From an uncultured delta proteobacterium (GTDB lineage: Bacteria; Desulfobacterota; BSN033; UBA1163), in the NCBI GenBank assembly GCA_963827685.1, contig CAWHBU010000002.1, positions 832,001 through 896,000 of the forward strand: DNA of 64,000 bases, written 5' to 3'. The translations under genes were made by a program, and so were the position numbers. Each line of letters starts with the position of its first letter. The stretch's first letter is position 1. Positions 40,796-49,383 of the stretch are shown one piece after another. The notes under the pieces were generated by a model that was given only the letters and a program-made list of their open reading frames with translations, had not been told where the DNA came from and made no database searches.

Positions 40796-41785
40796 ATGCC
40801 AACAATTCTTGTAACCGGGGGAGGGGGATATATCGGAAGTCATGTGGTTAGGGAACTTCTTCACCAGAATTATAAGCCTATCGTCTTTGATAATCTTCAA
40901 ACTGGCCATCGAAAAACCACTAAAAATGCCCTCTTCATAGAAGGGGACCTTTCTAATCAAAGAAAACTTGCAGAGACTTTTCAAGCCAATTCCATTGATG
41001 CGGTCATGCATTTTGCAGCAGATTGTTTGGTTGGAGAATCCGTGCAGGATCCGGTAAAATATTTCAACAATAATGTTAGAAATAGCTTGAAACTAATTGA
41101 AATGATGGAAGACTGTAACGTAAGGAAAATTGTTTTTTCTTCCTCTGCTGCGGTCTACGGTGAGCCTAAAGAAATCCCTATTTCCGAAAACCATCCCTGT
41201 GCTCCGACAAACCCTTATGGTGAGACCAAATGGATCTTTGAGAAAGTACTGCAGGCCTTTCATGATGGAGGTAAATTAAATTTCATCTCTCTCAGGTACT
41301 TCAATGCAGCAGGAGCTGATCCAGAGGGCGAGTTGGGAGAGGATCACTCTCCGGAAAGCCATCTGATCCCATTAGTGATCAAAGCAGCTCTGGACCGAAC
41401 TTCAGTTCCTGTTTTTGGCACTGATTATGATACTCCTGATGGAACTTGCATCCGTGACTATATCCACGTCACCGATCTTGCCCATGCCCATATTTTAGCA
41501 CTTAGGAAATTAGATCAAGGGAAAATGTCCGGGATTTATAATCTGGGAAACGGCAATGGATATTCAGTGAGAGAAGTGATCGAGACAGTCAAAAAGGTAA
41601 CCGGGAGAAAGGTCGTTGCTATCGATTCGCCAAGGAGGCCAGGGGACCCTGCCCGGCTGGTGGCCACTTCACAGAAGATTAAAGAAGAGCTGGGGTGGAT
41701 TCCCAGATACCCCGATCTGGAAACGATTGTTAAAACCGCTTATCATTGGCATAGGAAACACCCGAAGGGATATGACGATACATGA
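40796..41785 (+). CDS. galE: UDP-glucose 4-epimerase
   Basis: TGGGGYIGSH, SSSAAVYG, YGETK, LRYFNAAGA and DGTCIRDYIHV. Confidence 0.95.
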   Translation: MPTILVTGGGGYIGSHVVRELLHQNYKPIVFDNLQTGHRKTTKNALFIEGDLSNQRKLAETFQANSIDAVMHFAADCLVGESVQDPVKYFNNNVRNSLKLIEMMEDCNVRKIVFSSSAAVYGEPKEIPISENHPCAPTNPYGETKWIFEKVLQAFHDGGKLNFISLRYFNAAGADPEGELGEDHSPESHLIPLVIKAALDRTSVPVFGTDYDTPDGTCIRDYIHVTDLAHAHILALRKLDQGKMSGIYNLGNGNGYSVREVIETVKKVTGRKVVAIDSPRRPGDPARLVATSQKIKEELGWIPRYPDLETIVKTAYHWHRKHPKGYDDT

Positions 41786-41788
41786 AAA

Positions 41789-41915
41789 GTACCAAATTCC
41801 AAGCACCAAATAACAAATGAATTTCAATTACCTAAATTGTAAACATAAGTTTTTGGTCATTTGAGATTGGATATTGGAATTTGTTTGGGATTTGGAAATT
41901 GGGATTTTGGATTTT
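41789..41915. repeat. AT-skewed inverted heptamer array (AAATNCCAA / TTGGNATTT; family E)
   Basis: A-rich arm followed by a complementary T-rich arm; related arms near 5424, 25060 and 53303. Confidence 0.6.
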
Positions 41916-41962
41916 AACACCATGCCCTATGCCCTTTGCGTTTTTATAAGGAGAGAAAAACC

Positions 41963-43315
41963 ATGTGCGGTATCTTTGGGATTTATGATCATCTTGAAGC
42001 ATCCAATCTCGCCTATTTAGGTCTCTATGCCCTTCAGCACCGGGGTCAGGAGAGTGCGGGGATCGTCTCCTCAGATAACAGGCAACTCCATCATTACCGC
42101 CAGATGGGACTGGTCTCCGAGATCTTCACCAAAGATATTCTGAAGAAACTCCTTGGAAAAAGTGCCATCGGTCACGTTCGTTATTCCACTGCTGGATCGA
42201 GCGAGCTCAAAAATGCGCAGCCTTTCATGGTGGAATACTATAAGGGTAGTCTCGCCATCGCCCACAACGGGAATTTGTCCAATGCTTCTCTCATCCATAG
42301 CGAACTCGAATCAAGGGGATCTATTTTCCAGTCGAACATGGATACCGAAGTAATCGTTCACCTCATTGCCCGCTCTAAAGAGAAAACCTTTATAGAGCGA
42401 ACGGTCCATGCCCTCAAACAGGTTGAAGGAGCTTACTCTTTACTCATTCTGACGGAAAAAGAAATGGTCGCCGCCAGGGATCCTTTTGGTTTCAGGCCAT
42501 TGGTCCTCGGTCAGCTTAAGGATGCACCTGTGGTTGCCTCCGAGACTTGCGCTTTTGACCTTATCGGTGCCAAGTTTGTGAGGGAGATCGAACCGGGGGA
42601 AATTCTCCTCATCAACGAAGAAGGAATCAAATCGTTTAAACCTTTTCCTCACAAACCACGTCATCAGTGCATCTTTGAGTTCATCTACTTTGCCCGACCT
42701 GACAGCTTCATCTTCAATAGAAACGTCTATGAGGTCAGAAAATCCTTCGGAGTCCAACTTGCCAAGGAATCGCCTGCAGAGGTAGATATGGTCGTTCCTA
42801 TTCCTGATTCCGGATTCCCGGCCACATTGGGCTATGCGTCCGAATCCAAAATCCCGCTGGAGCTTGGAATGATAAGAAATCATTATATAGGACGGACGTT
42901 CATCGAACCTGAACAACGAATTCGGCACTTCGGTGTAAAAATCAAATTGAACCCGGTAAAAGAATTGTTAAAAGGCAAAAAGATTATCACCGTGGATGAC
43001 TCCATTGTCCGGGCAACCACCAGTCGAAAGATTAATAAGATGTTTCGAAATGCAGGCGCCAAAGAAGTTCATGTCAGAATCAGCTCTCCGCCCATCACGA
43101 ACCCTTGTTTCTTCGGCATTGATACGCCCAAAAGATCAGAGCTGATCGCCTCCTCCCATAAGATCAAGGAGATTCAGAAGTTTATTAATGCAAGTTCTCT
43201 ACATTATTTAACTTTAGAGGGTCTAAAAAAATGCGTGAGGGAGGACGCTGAGTCTTTCTGTTATGCCTGCTTCACAGGAGATTACCCCATTCCTTTCCAA
43301 ATGAATTTAGAGTAG
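41963..43315 (+). CDS. purF: Amidophosphoribosyltransferase
   Basis: MCGIFG N-terminal nucleophile, QHRGQE, HVRYST, AHNGN and VDDSIVR. Confidence 0.97.
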   Translation: MCGIFGIYDHLEASNLAYLGLYALQHRGQESAGIVSSDNRQLHHYRQMGLVSEIFTKDILKKLLGKSAIGHVRYSTAGSSELKNAQPFMVEYYKGSLAIAHNGNLSNASLIHSELESRGSIFQSNMDTEVIVHLIARSKEKTFIERTVHALKQVEGAYSLLILTEKEMVAARDPFGFRPLVLGQLKDAPVVASETCAFDLIGAKFVREIEPGEILLINEEGIKSFKPFPHKPRHQCIFEFIYFARPDSFIFNRNVYEVRKSFGVQLAKESPAEVDMVVPIPDSGFPATLGYASESKIPLELGMIRNHYIGRTFIEPEQRIRHFGVKIKLNPVKELLKGKKIITVDDSIVRATTSRKINKMFRNAGAKEVHVRISSPPITNPCFFGIDTPKRSELIASSHKIKEIQKFINASSLHYLTLEGLKKCVREDAESFCYACFTGDYPIPFQMNLE

Positions 43316-43500
43316 GTTCATTTTTTCCTTATCGCGCTTATGAACTTCCCTTCAACTCACCTCCTTTCAACTGGTTGCTAACCTCCTGTTCAGTCTCGCT
43401 AATTTATAACTCTACTGTTAGCGAAAAGAGATTTAGAGGAAAAGTGCCAGACCGATTACAGGTTTGCAGTCAGCAGGGATTGCCATAGAGCCTTTCCCAT

Positions 43501-43923
43501 CTATTTGCATACTGCTTTGTATAGGCTCTCATCAACAGATTCTGGGGGAATAATTTTCCAGGCCGGCAAGCGGTCTTGAGCTGAATTAGCGTATAAAATC
43601 TTTCCCTCTGCGGAATATTCGGTAATCGATAAAATACGATCCTTTTTTTCTGCGCAATTGATTTCCAATAATTCCAACGAATAACTCAAATCTGCATAAT
43701 GTTTTCCAAACTTTTTTACAATCCCAGTTACACCTTCTTTTGTATATTCTAATTTGGCCCAAACATCCACAATGTTTTTTGATGAGGGAGTCGCATCTTC
43801 CGCATCATAAAAACATTCATACAAATCAGTCTCTGCAAATAACTTCCAATCCGCCCCCCACACTTCCGCATGGAAACAGAGAATAAGTCCGATGCATAAA
43901 GACTTAACCAATAATGATTTCAT
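43501..43923 (-). CDS. Small secreted protein (surface-adhesin E-like family)
   Basis: Signal peptide, W....F YD, VW.K, EINC and W..I.PES....LY..VC pattern. Confidence 0.6.
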   Translation of the reverse strand: MKSLLVKSLCIGLILCFHAEVWGADWKLFAETDLYECFYDAEDATPSSKNIVDVWAKLEYTKEGVTGIVKKFGKHYADLSYSLELLEINCAEKKDRILSITEYSAEGKILYANSAQDRLPAWKIIPPESVDESLYKAVCK

Positions 43924-43980
43924 TCAATTTACCTCCTTTTTCTTTGGCCTTGACTTGCTCGGTTTCACCTCCTCTCTCAT

Positions 43981-44391
43981 TTATTCACATACTGCTTCGG
44001 ATAGACTCTTGCCGAGAGATTCTGACAGGCGTCCTTTAGCCGGTTTCGTGCTTATAATATTCCCTGTTACGGAATATTGACTACTGGACGACATACGCCG
44101 CGTTTTTCCTCGACAATCAACTTCCCATAACTGCAACGAATAACTCAAATTCTCATAATCCTTCCCAAACTCTCTTACATACGCAGCTACACCTTTCTCT
44201 GTATATTCTAATTTTACCGAGACCAGCACAGTGCCTTTATACAGAAGATGTGACTTGCTCACATAATAGAAACCTTCATACAAATCAGTTGAGCTGAAAG
44301 ATTTCCAACGCGCCTCCCGCATTCCCGCGCAGCCAAACATAGCAAGTCCGATTACAAGGACAACTCCCGACTTAACTGATACTGATTTCAA
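43981..44391 (-). CDS. Lipoprotein paralogue of the adjacent secreted protein
   Basis: TTG start after AGGGGTGA, lipobox MFGC; shares KLEYT..GV...V..FGK.Y..LSYSL with 43501-43923. Confidence 0.6.
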   Translation of the reverse strand: MKSVSVKSGVVLVIGLAMFGCAGMREARWKSFSSTDLYEGFYYVSKSHLLYKGTVLVSVKLEYTEKGVAAYVREFGKDYENLSYSLQLWEVDCRGKTRRMSSSSQYSVTGNIISTKPAKGRLSESLGKSLSEAVCE

Positions 44392-44395
44392 TTGG

Positions 44396-44677
44396 TCACC
44401 CCTTTCCGAAAATTCGTATCTCTTTGAGTTTTGTAATTGCTCTATAACCAACCCAAATCCCGACTGTATTGATTCCCCAACTGATAATTATAGTCGGCCA
44501 TATCGGTAAGCAAAATCCAAGAAAGGGACTGAAAAAATTCAGAAGTATCAATAACAGTATTGCCCAGAGGTTCTTCTCCACCTTCACAAGAATCGATTGA
44601 AGGGTGAAATGATCAGAAACGCCAACGCTATCCGAGGCATAAATGGAGAGTGGCTCGTGCTTTTTCAGTGCTGCCAT
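44396..44677 (-). CDS. Hypothetical small membrane protein
   Basis: ATG start, two hydrophobic segments, co-oriented with neighbours. Confidence 0.4.
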   Translation of the reverse strand: MAALKKHEPLSIYASDSVGVSDHFTLQSILVKVEKNLWAILLLILLNFFSPFLGFCLPIWPTIIISWGINTVGIWVGYRAITKLKEIRIFGKG

Positions 44678-44698
44678 TTAACTCGCTTTCCTTTCTTG

Positions 44699-44815
44699 CT
44701 ATACCATTTTCCCGATTTCAAGGTTTACCACCCTCACTATCTCCAAAAACTCCTCTTTGCTTAAAATTCCCTCTTCCACAAGCAACCTAAATAATGGCCC
44801 CTGGGCATCCTCCAT
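44699..44815 (-). CDS. Small ORF or gene remnant (MEDAQGPLFRLLVEEGILSKEEFLEIVRVVNLEIGKMV)
   Basis: Read manually; amphipathic LL.E.GI.S.EEF pattern; below the ORF-track cut-off. Confidence 0.35.
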   Translation of the reverse strand: MEDAQGPLFRLLVEEGILSKEEFLEIVRVVNLEIGKMV

Positions 44816-44933
44816 GACGTGAGAAATAGACTTCCCAGCTGGGAGGCTTTTCTTGGGTTAGGGTGATTGATAGAGATAAACCTATCAGGAGCGTAATGGT
44901 AAAAATGCCAACTAAAGTCGTTATGCACCTCAT
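44787..44933 (-). pseudogene. Truncated N-terminus of a secreted PLD-family (Nuc-like) nuclease
   Basis: MRCITTLVGIFTITLLIGLSLSITLTQEKPPSWEVYFSRHGGCPGAII*: signal peptide plus EVYFS..GGC..AII, no HKD motif; ATGA-coupled to the RHH gene. Confidence 0.55.
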
Positions 44934-45079
44934 GATTTTCCTTCCATTTTCTTCAAATACTCATCAATAGCCCTTCTCACATGAACAGCAACCGGAGCAC
45001 CAGTTTTCCCCGACAATGCCCTAAGCTTCTTTTGTTGAACCCTGGTTAGAAAGATGTTGGTTCTTATCTTGGTTATCAT
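44930..45079 (-). CDS. Ribbon-helix-helix (CopG/Arc/MetJ-like) DNA-binding protein, 49 aa
   Basis: MITKIRTNIFLTRVQQKKLRALSGKTGAPVAVHVRRAIDEYLKKMEGKS; SD GGAGGTGAG; missed by the ORF track. Confidence 0.8.
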   Translation of the reverse strand: MITKIRTNIFLTRVQQKKLRALSGKTGAPVAVHVRRAIDEYLKKMEGKS

Positions 45080-45095
45080 GCCCTCACCTCCCTTT

Positions 45096-45137
45096 TATAT
45101 GTATATGCCATTATACACCTATATATGTATTTGTCAA
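45096..45137 (-). promoter_or_regulatory. Consensus sigma70 promoter with operator-like direct repeats
   Basis: Minus strand TTGACA-N16-TATAAT (45137 to 45110); TATATGTAT repeated at 45096-45104 and 45122-45130. Confidence 0.75.
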
Positions 45138-45494
45138 GCTTTTTCTTTGGATTCTGGTGAATCCAAAGTTGTCCGCAATTTACCGTTGACTTTCGCTCTA
45201 TGGTTTTATAGAGTGCAGTCAAGGTCAGCATTTGGTTTTCTGTACCTCAAGAAAGCTGAAGACTCCTTCCTGAAGTCACTAAGTGGACATTTTAACAAAA
45301 CATGCTTGATGTGTATCGGTAATCCTCAATAGTCTTTTTGATCTTGACAACCAACTTTTGTTTTAATACATTCAATTCATCCCAAAGCAAGTTCTTATCG
45401 TTTTAATGTGGTCATCCCCCAGTAGTTCGTGGTGAGGTATGCTCAGATGGTGATAAAAAACACATGGGAGGCGAAGCTACTAAAGGAACACCAT

Positions 45495-46442
45495 ATGAAA
45501 TGCACACCTCAGACAGAACCCTTTCCCCATACAGAATATGAAACAAAAAGGCCCGAATCGACAATATATAACTTATGGGATGATCTGATAAATTTCTTGG
45601 CGAATAAATATCTTGATCCGAGCGAATGGGGATGGGTTTTTAAAGGTCTCAGAAAATACTCCTATAAGCTGGAAAGCACTCTTGACCGGAGACTGGAAAG
45701 GAGGAGAAAAGGAAGGGCACACCTCGGTAGGAGGGACCCCATCATAGGTCGACAGACGGCTGAAAATTATCTGCTGCGCCAGTTCAAGAGAGCTGCCCAT
45801 CATTTTGTCGGATCTTCCTTGCTGCCCGATAACCGGGATAACCGGCTAGAGTGGCTAGCTCTAATGCGACATTATGGGGCTCCAACAAGACTGCTTGATT
45901 TTACTCGCTCCCCTTACGTAGCCTGCTTCTTTGCGTTAGAAGAAACCGATATTCATAAAGGCAGAAAATGCGCCATTTGGGCTATCCATACTGACTGGCT
46001 AATAAATGCCGGTGTTTCTCAAATCTCAAAACAGATTCCATACTACCACGACCTCAACAAGAGTAACCTGCTGAATTCGAAGTTTATAGTGGAACACTTT
46101 GACAGCCTGTTTGTTAACAATTCAGTGCCAATGGTTTTGCCGATTGAGCCACCGAGATCAAATGCAAGGCTGTTAGCTCAGCAAGGTCTGTTTTTGTGCC
46201 CTGGCGCACCTGACAGGAGTTTCGATAAGAATCTGTCGTCTTACGCGGATGACACAGAGAATATGCAGAAGTACGTACATAAATTCAAAATAGAAGGTCG
46301 TATCTTTGCAGAAGCCATGTCCGAACTTTCTCATATGAATATTAGTCGAGCAACCCTTTTTCCGGATCTAGAAGGGTTTGGAACTTCCTTAGCTCATGAG
46401 TTAGAGGACAAGTCGTCAGATGAAATAGAAACGCTGCGGTAA
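45495..46442 (+). CDS. FRG-domain protein
   Basis: WVFKG (FRG variant), MRHYGAPTRLLDFT.SP.VA.FFA, N.RL.AQQGLF and NI...TLFPDLEG; start may be further upstream (45429 or 45447). Confidence 0.88.
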   Translation: MKCTPQTEPFPHTEYETKRPESTIYNLWDDLINFLANKYLDPSEWGWVFKGLRKYSYKLESTLDRRLERRRKGRAHLGRRDPIIGRQTAENYLLRQFKRAAHHFVGSSLLPDNRDNRLEWLALMRHYGAPTRLLDFTRSPYVACFFALEETDIHKGRKCAIWAIHTDWLINAGVSQISKQIPYYHDLNKSNLLNSKFIVEHFDSLFVNNSVPMVLPIEPPRSNARLLAQQGLFLCPGAPDRSFDKNLSSYADDTENMQKYVHKFKIEGRIFAEAMSELSHMNISRATLFPDLEGFGTSLAHELEDKSSDEIETLR

Positions 46443-46910
46443 CCAAACCCAATCTATCTTATGAATTATGCGTATTTCAACCAATAATAGTTAACTTTCA
46501 GGATCACTTGATGGCGAAGACCTGTGGTGTACTCCTGAAAAAAAGAAAATCAATATTCGGTTGTCAAAGAGAAAGACAGTGTCAAATGGCACTGCCTTTT
46601 TGCTTCCGAAGAGTACTTCCTGAAAGAGTGATTCCTGAAAATTACCCCTCTATAAAAGCTTTCAAAGGGTAATCAACAAAAAGATAATTTTCACAATCTC
46701 ATTTTTGATATTGACAAAATGGTTTTTTTTGGTATCGTGGATTCAACAGTCGTGATAATATTTCTCTCTCCAAAGGGGGTGGTAGGTGCATAAAGACCTT
46801 TAAAAGTTCCCCTATACAAATTAGAATTTTCCTCCTGAAAGTCAGATCCATCAGCAGTTTCAGATCTTCTCTCTGACTAAAATTTTTAAAGGCCCTGCAA
46901 ACAAAAAAAA

Positions 46911-47018
46911 TCTAAAAATGAAGGATTTAATCCCGATAAAGCCAAACCTTTCGTGAGGTGCACGGGCTGTCTGGAATGCGTCTCCTTCTGCCCCCGGAAA
47001 GCTATCTCGGTTCAGTAA
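46911..47018 (+). pseudogene. Ferredoxin fragment with one [4Fe-4S] motif
   Basis: ...KPFVRCTGCLECVSFCPRKAISVQ*; in-frame stop upstream and no start codon before the internal GTG. Confidence 0.5.
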
Positions 47019-47222
47019 TCGAAGTCTAACCAGTAAATCGAAGCGGACGTTCCAAACCAACCTCAACCTTCCCACGCAGAGTGGGCGGCGTCTGCTTTCC
47101 TTGCTTTTTCCATTATGCACATTTCTAAACAGTAATCGCTGCCTGAAGGTGAGGAACTTAAAGGCCCAGAAGAGAAGAAACAAATAAGAGGCAGAAGAGG
47201 CCTTCGTGGAGGTTCGAGACAC

Positions 47223-48971
47223 ATGGAACAAATTCGATTCTGTAAGACTGCCGATGGCGTCCGCATAGCTTACTCGACCATGGGCCAGGGTCCGCCAGTA
47301 GTCCTGGTTCCAGGGTGGGTTAGCCATTTGCAGCTGCAGTGGGACCATCCGGCCGCGCAGGCCTTTTTTGAAAAGGCGACTCGCTATCATACCTTAATAA
47401 CTTACGATAGATATGGCTGTGGTCTCTCAGAAAGGAACCGGACAGACTTCTCGCCGGAGTCTGAGCTTCGGGTACTGGAAGATGTCGTCGACCATCTCAA
47501 ACTCAAGCGCTTCGCACTTTTGGGTTTTTCCCAAGGAGGCTCAGTTGCCATAGCTTACGCAGTTAAACATCTTCGGCGTGTCACGCATCTCATACTATAT
47601 GGAGCCTATGCCCATGGTGACGCGCTATCTTCGGACGAACTCAAGACGGTGTTCAAATCATTAGTCCGAGCACACTGGGGGATTGGTTCCAAGACTCTTA
47701 CCGACCTGTTTTTACCCAAAGCTGAAGCATCCGCAGTCCAATGGTTTACCCGCTTTCAGCGTGAGGCCGCTACTCCCGAAATGGCTGCCCGGATATTGGA
47801 CATCTCCTACGGTGTTAATGTTATTGATCTGCTCCCCAGGGTCCGTGTGCCTACTTTGGTGATACATCGACGGGGGGATCGGATGGTACCCTTCAAACTT
47901 GGAAGAGAGATGGCATCTTTGATCCCAAAGGCTCGCTTTGTTCCTCTGGAAGGAGATATGCATATTTTCTTCTTGGGTGATGCCGATGCAGTACTACGTG
48001 TCATCGCTGAGTTCCTTGGTGATCCAGTCGATGTTACTCCATCGAAACCAGATGCAAAACCTGACACTCAAACGCGAGATCAGACAGCGGAGGATGCTGT
48101 GGCCCAGGAAGCACGTTCATTGATAGAGAAATTGGATGAAGTCGTGCTGTCGCGGTATCGGGTCATTGGCAGCTACACTCGCTATGAGGAGGCGGTTCGT
48201 AACACCCTGAAGGATGCGCGGGCGAGGATCGCAACTGGTTGCCTACAACCGAGCAGGAAGCGGGAGAATCATCTCATCTGGGCTGCGCCTGGGAGTGGCA
48301 AAACATACTTCGTCCAACAAATCAGTGCCTCGCTTCCCAGTACCATCCGCTATCAAGAACTCAACCTTGCTAAATGCGGTGAGCAGGAATTCCGCTCCGG
48401 GTTAAGCGGATTTGATTGTAAAGATAGCCCATATCTCTGCCTAATCGATGAGTGTGATGCCAAGCCGCAGGAACCCTGGCCTTATGAGATACTTCTTCCT
48501 TACCTAGATGCTTCCGTCGAGCGAGGTGCACCACTTGTGTTTGTCCTAGCCGGAAGCGGGGGGGCGAATTTAGATGAGATAAAGAAGCGGATTGCCATTC
48601 GGCCCAAAGGGCCTGATCTTCTCAGCCGGATTCCAGCTGGTAATGAATATCAAATCATGCCATTAAACATTGGCGACCGCATTGTTGTTGTTTTGAGCCA
48701 ATTCCTGGAAGTCGGAAAAGAATGCAATCGAGAAATTAAGTCAGTTGAAAAACTTGGTCTTTATTATGTCGCTCTCAATTCTCGCTTGGCCAATGCTCGT
48801 CAGTTGCGCGAATTTGCTGTCCGCGCTATTGAGCGCGTGCCACCCAATGACGACCGTGTAAAATATGACCATCTTTTTAGTGCTGGAGATCCAGAGAACA
48901 AAGCCTTCTGGCTTCAAGCACAGCCCACTGCAGTAGGTTTCGTGAACTCCTTTGCGATGCTGAAAGATTAG
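47223..48971 (+). CDS. Alpha/beta-hydrolase-fold domain fused to a C-terminal AAA+-type P-loop NTPase
   Basis: GFSQGG nucleophile elbow, GDRMVP and GDMH; Walker A AAPGSGKT, Walker B LCLIDE, DLLSR and NARQL; SD GGAGG. Confidence 0.8.
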   Translation: MEQIRFCKTADGVRIAYSTMGQGPPVVLVPGWVSHLQLQWDHPAAQAFFEKATRYHTLITYDRYGCGLSERNRTDFSPESELRVLEDVVDHLKLKRFALLGFSQGGSVAIAYAVKHLRRVTHLILYGAYAHGDALSSDELKTVFKSLVRAHWGIGSKTLTDLFLPKAEASAVQWFTRFQREAATPEMAARILDISYGVNVIDLLPRVRVPTLVIHRRGDRMVPFKLGREMASLIPKARFVPLEGDMHIFFLGDADAVLRVIAEFLGDPVDVTPSKPDAKPDTQTRDQTAEDAVAQEARSLIEKLDEVVLSRYRVIGSYTRYEEAVRNTLKDARARIATGCLQPSRKRENHLIWAAPGSGKTYFVQQISASLPSTIRYQELNLAKCGEQEFRSGLSGFDCKDSPYLCLIDECDAKPQEPWPYEILLPYLDASVERGAPLVFVLAGSGGANLDEIKKRIAIRPKGPDLLSRIPAGNEYQIMPLNIGDRIVVVLSQFLEVGKECNREIKSVEKLGLYYVALNSRLANARQLREFAVRAIERVPPNDDRVKYDHLFSAGDPENKAFWLQAQPTAVGFVNSFAMLKD

Positions 48972-49075
48972 GAACTAAAAAACACACTTTCAATCCATAA
49001 TCTTCAATCCTCGAATATTGTTCCCGTCGAAGATTTGTAGGTGTACTTCTCAAAAAAGAAAACCAATATTCAATT

Positions 49076-49182
49076 GTGAAGCTCCTCGCCAACAGGGCGA
49101 GGCTTCCCGGCATTGTATTTATTCTCATATTGTCCCCCTGGGCCCGCCTGCAAGGCGGGCCTTGTGGGGGACGTTCCGGCCA
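49076..49182 (+). repeat. Family A structured repeat, copy 3 (minimal form without inserts)
   Basis: GTGAAGCTCCTCGCC-AACAG-GGCGAGGCTTCCCGGCATTGTA...ACGTTCCGGCCA. Confidence 0.8.
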
Positions 49183-49383
49183 AAGAGCGAGGCAGGGTCA
49201 GAGATGGTTCTGCCTTTTTTGTTTTTGAAAAATACTCCTGAACTCGTGATTTTCAAGAGTCCTCCTCTTGTACAACCTTTCAAGTGGTATCGGAACAGGT
49301 CGATAGAAAAATTAGAGAAGGATAAGAGGCTGAGGCTCCACCAATCAAGAAAATTTTGTGGGATAGATTGCAAGTATGTTTGG

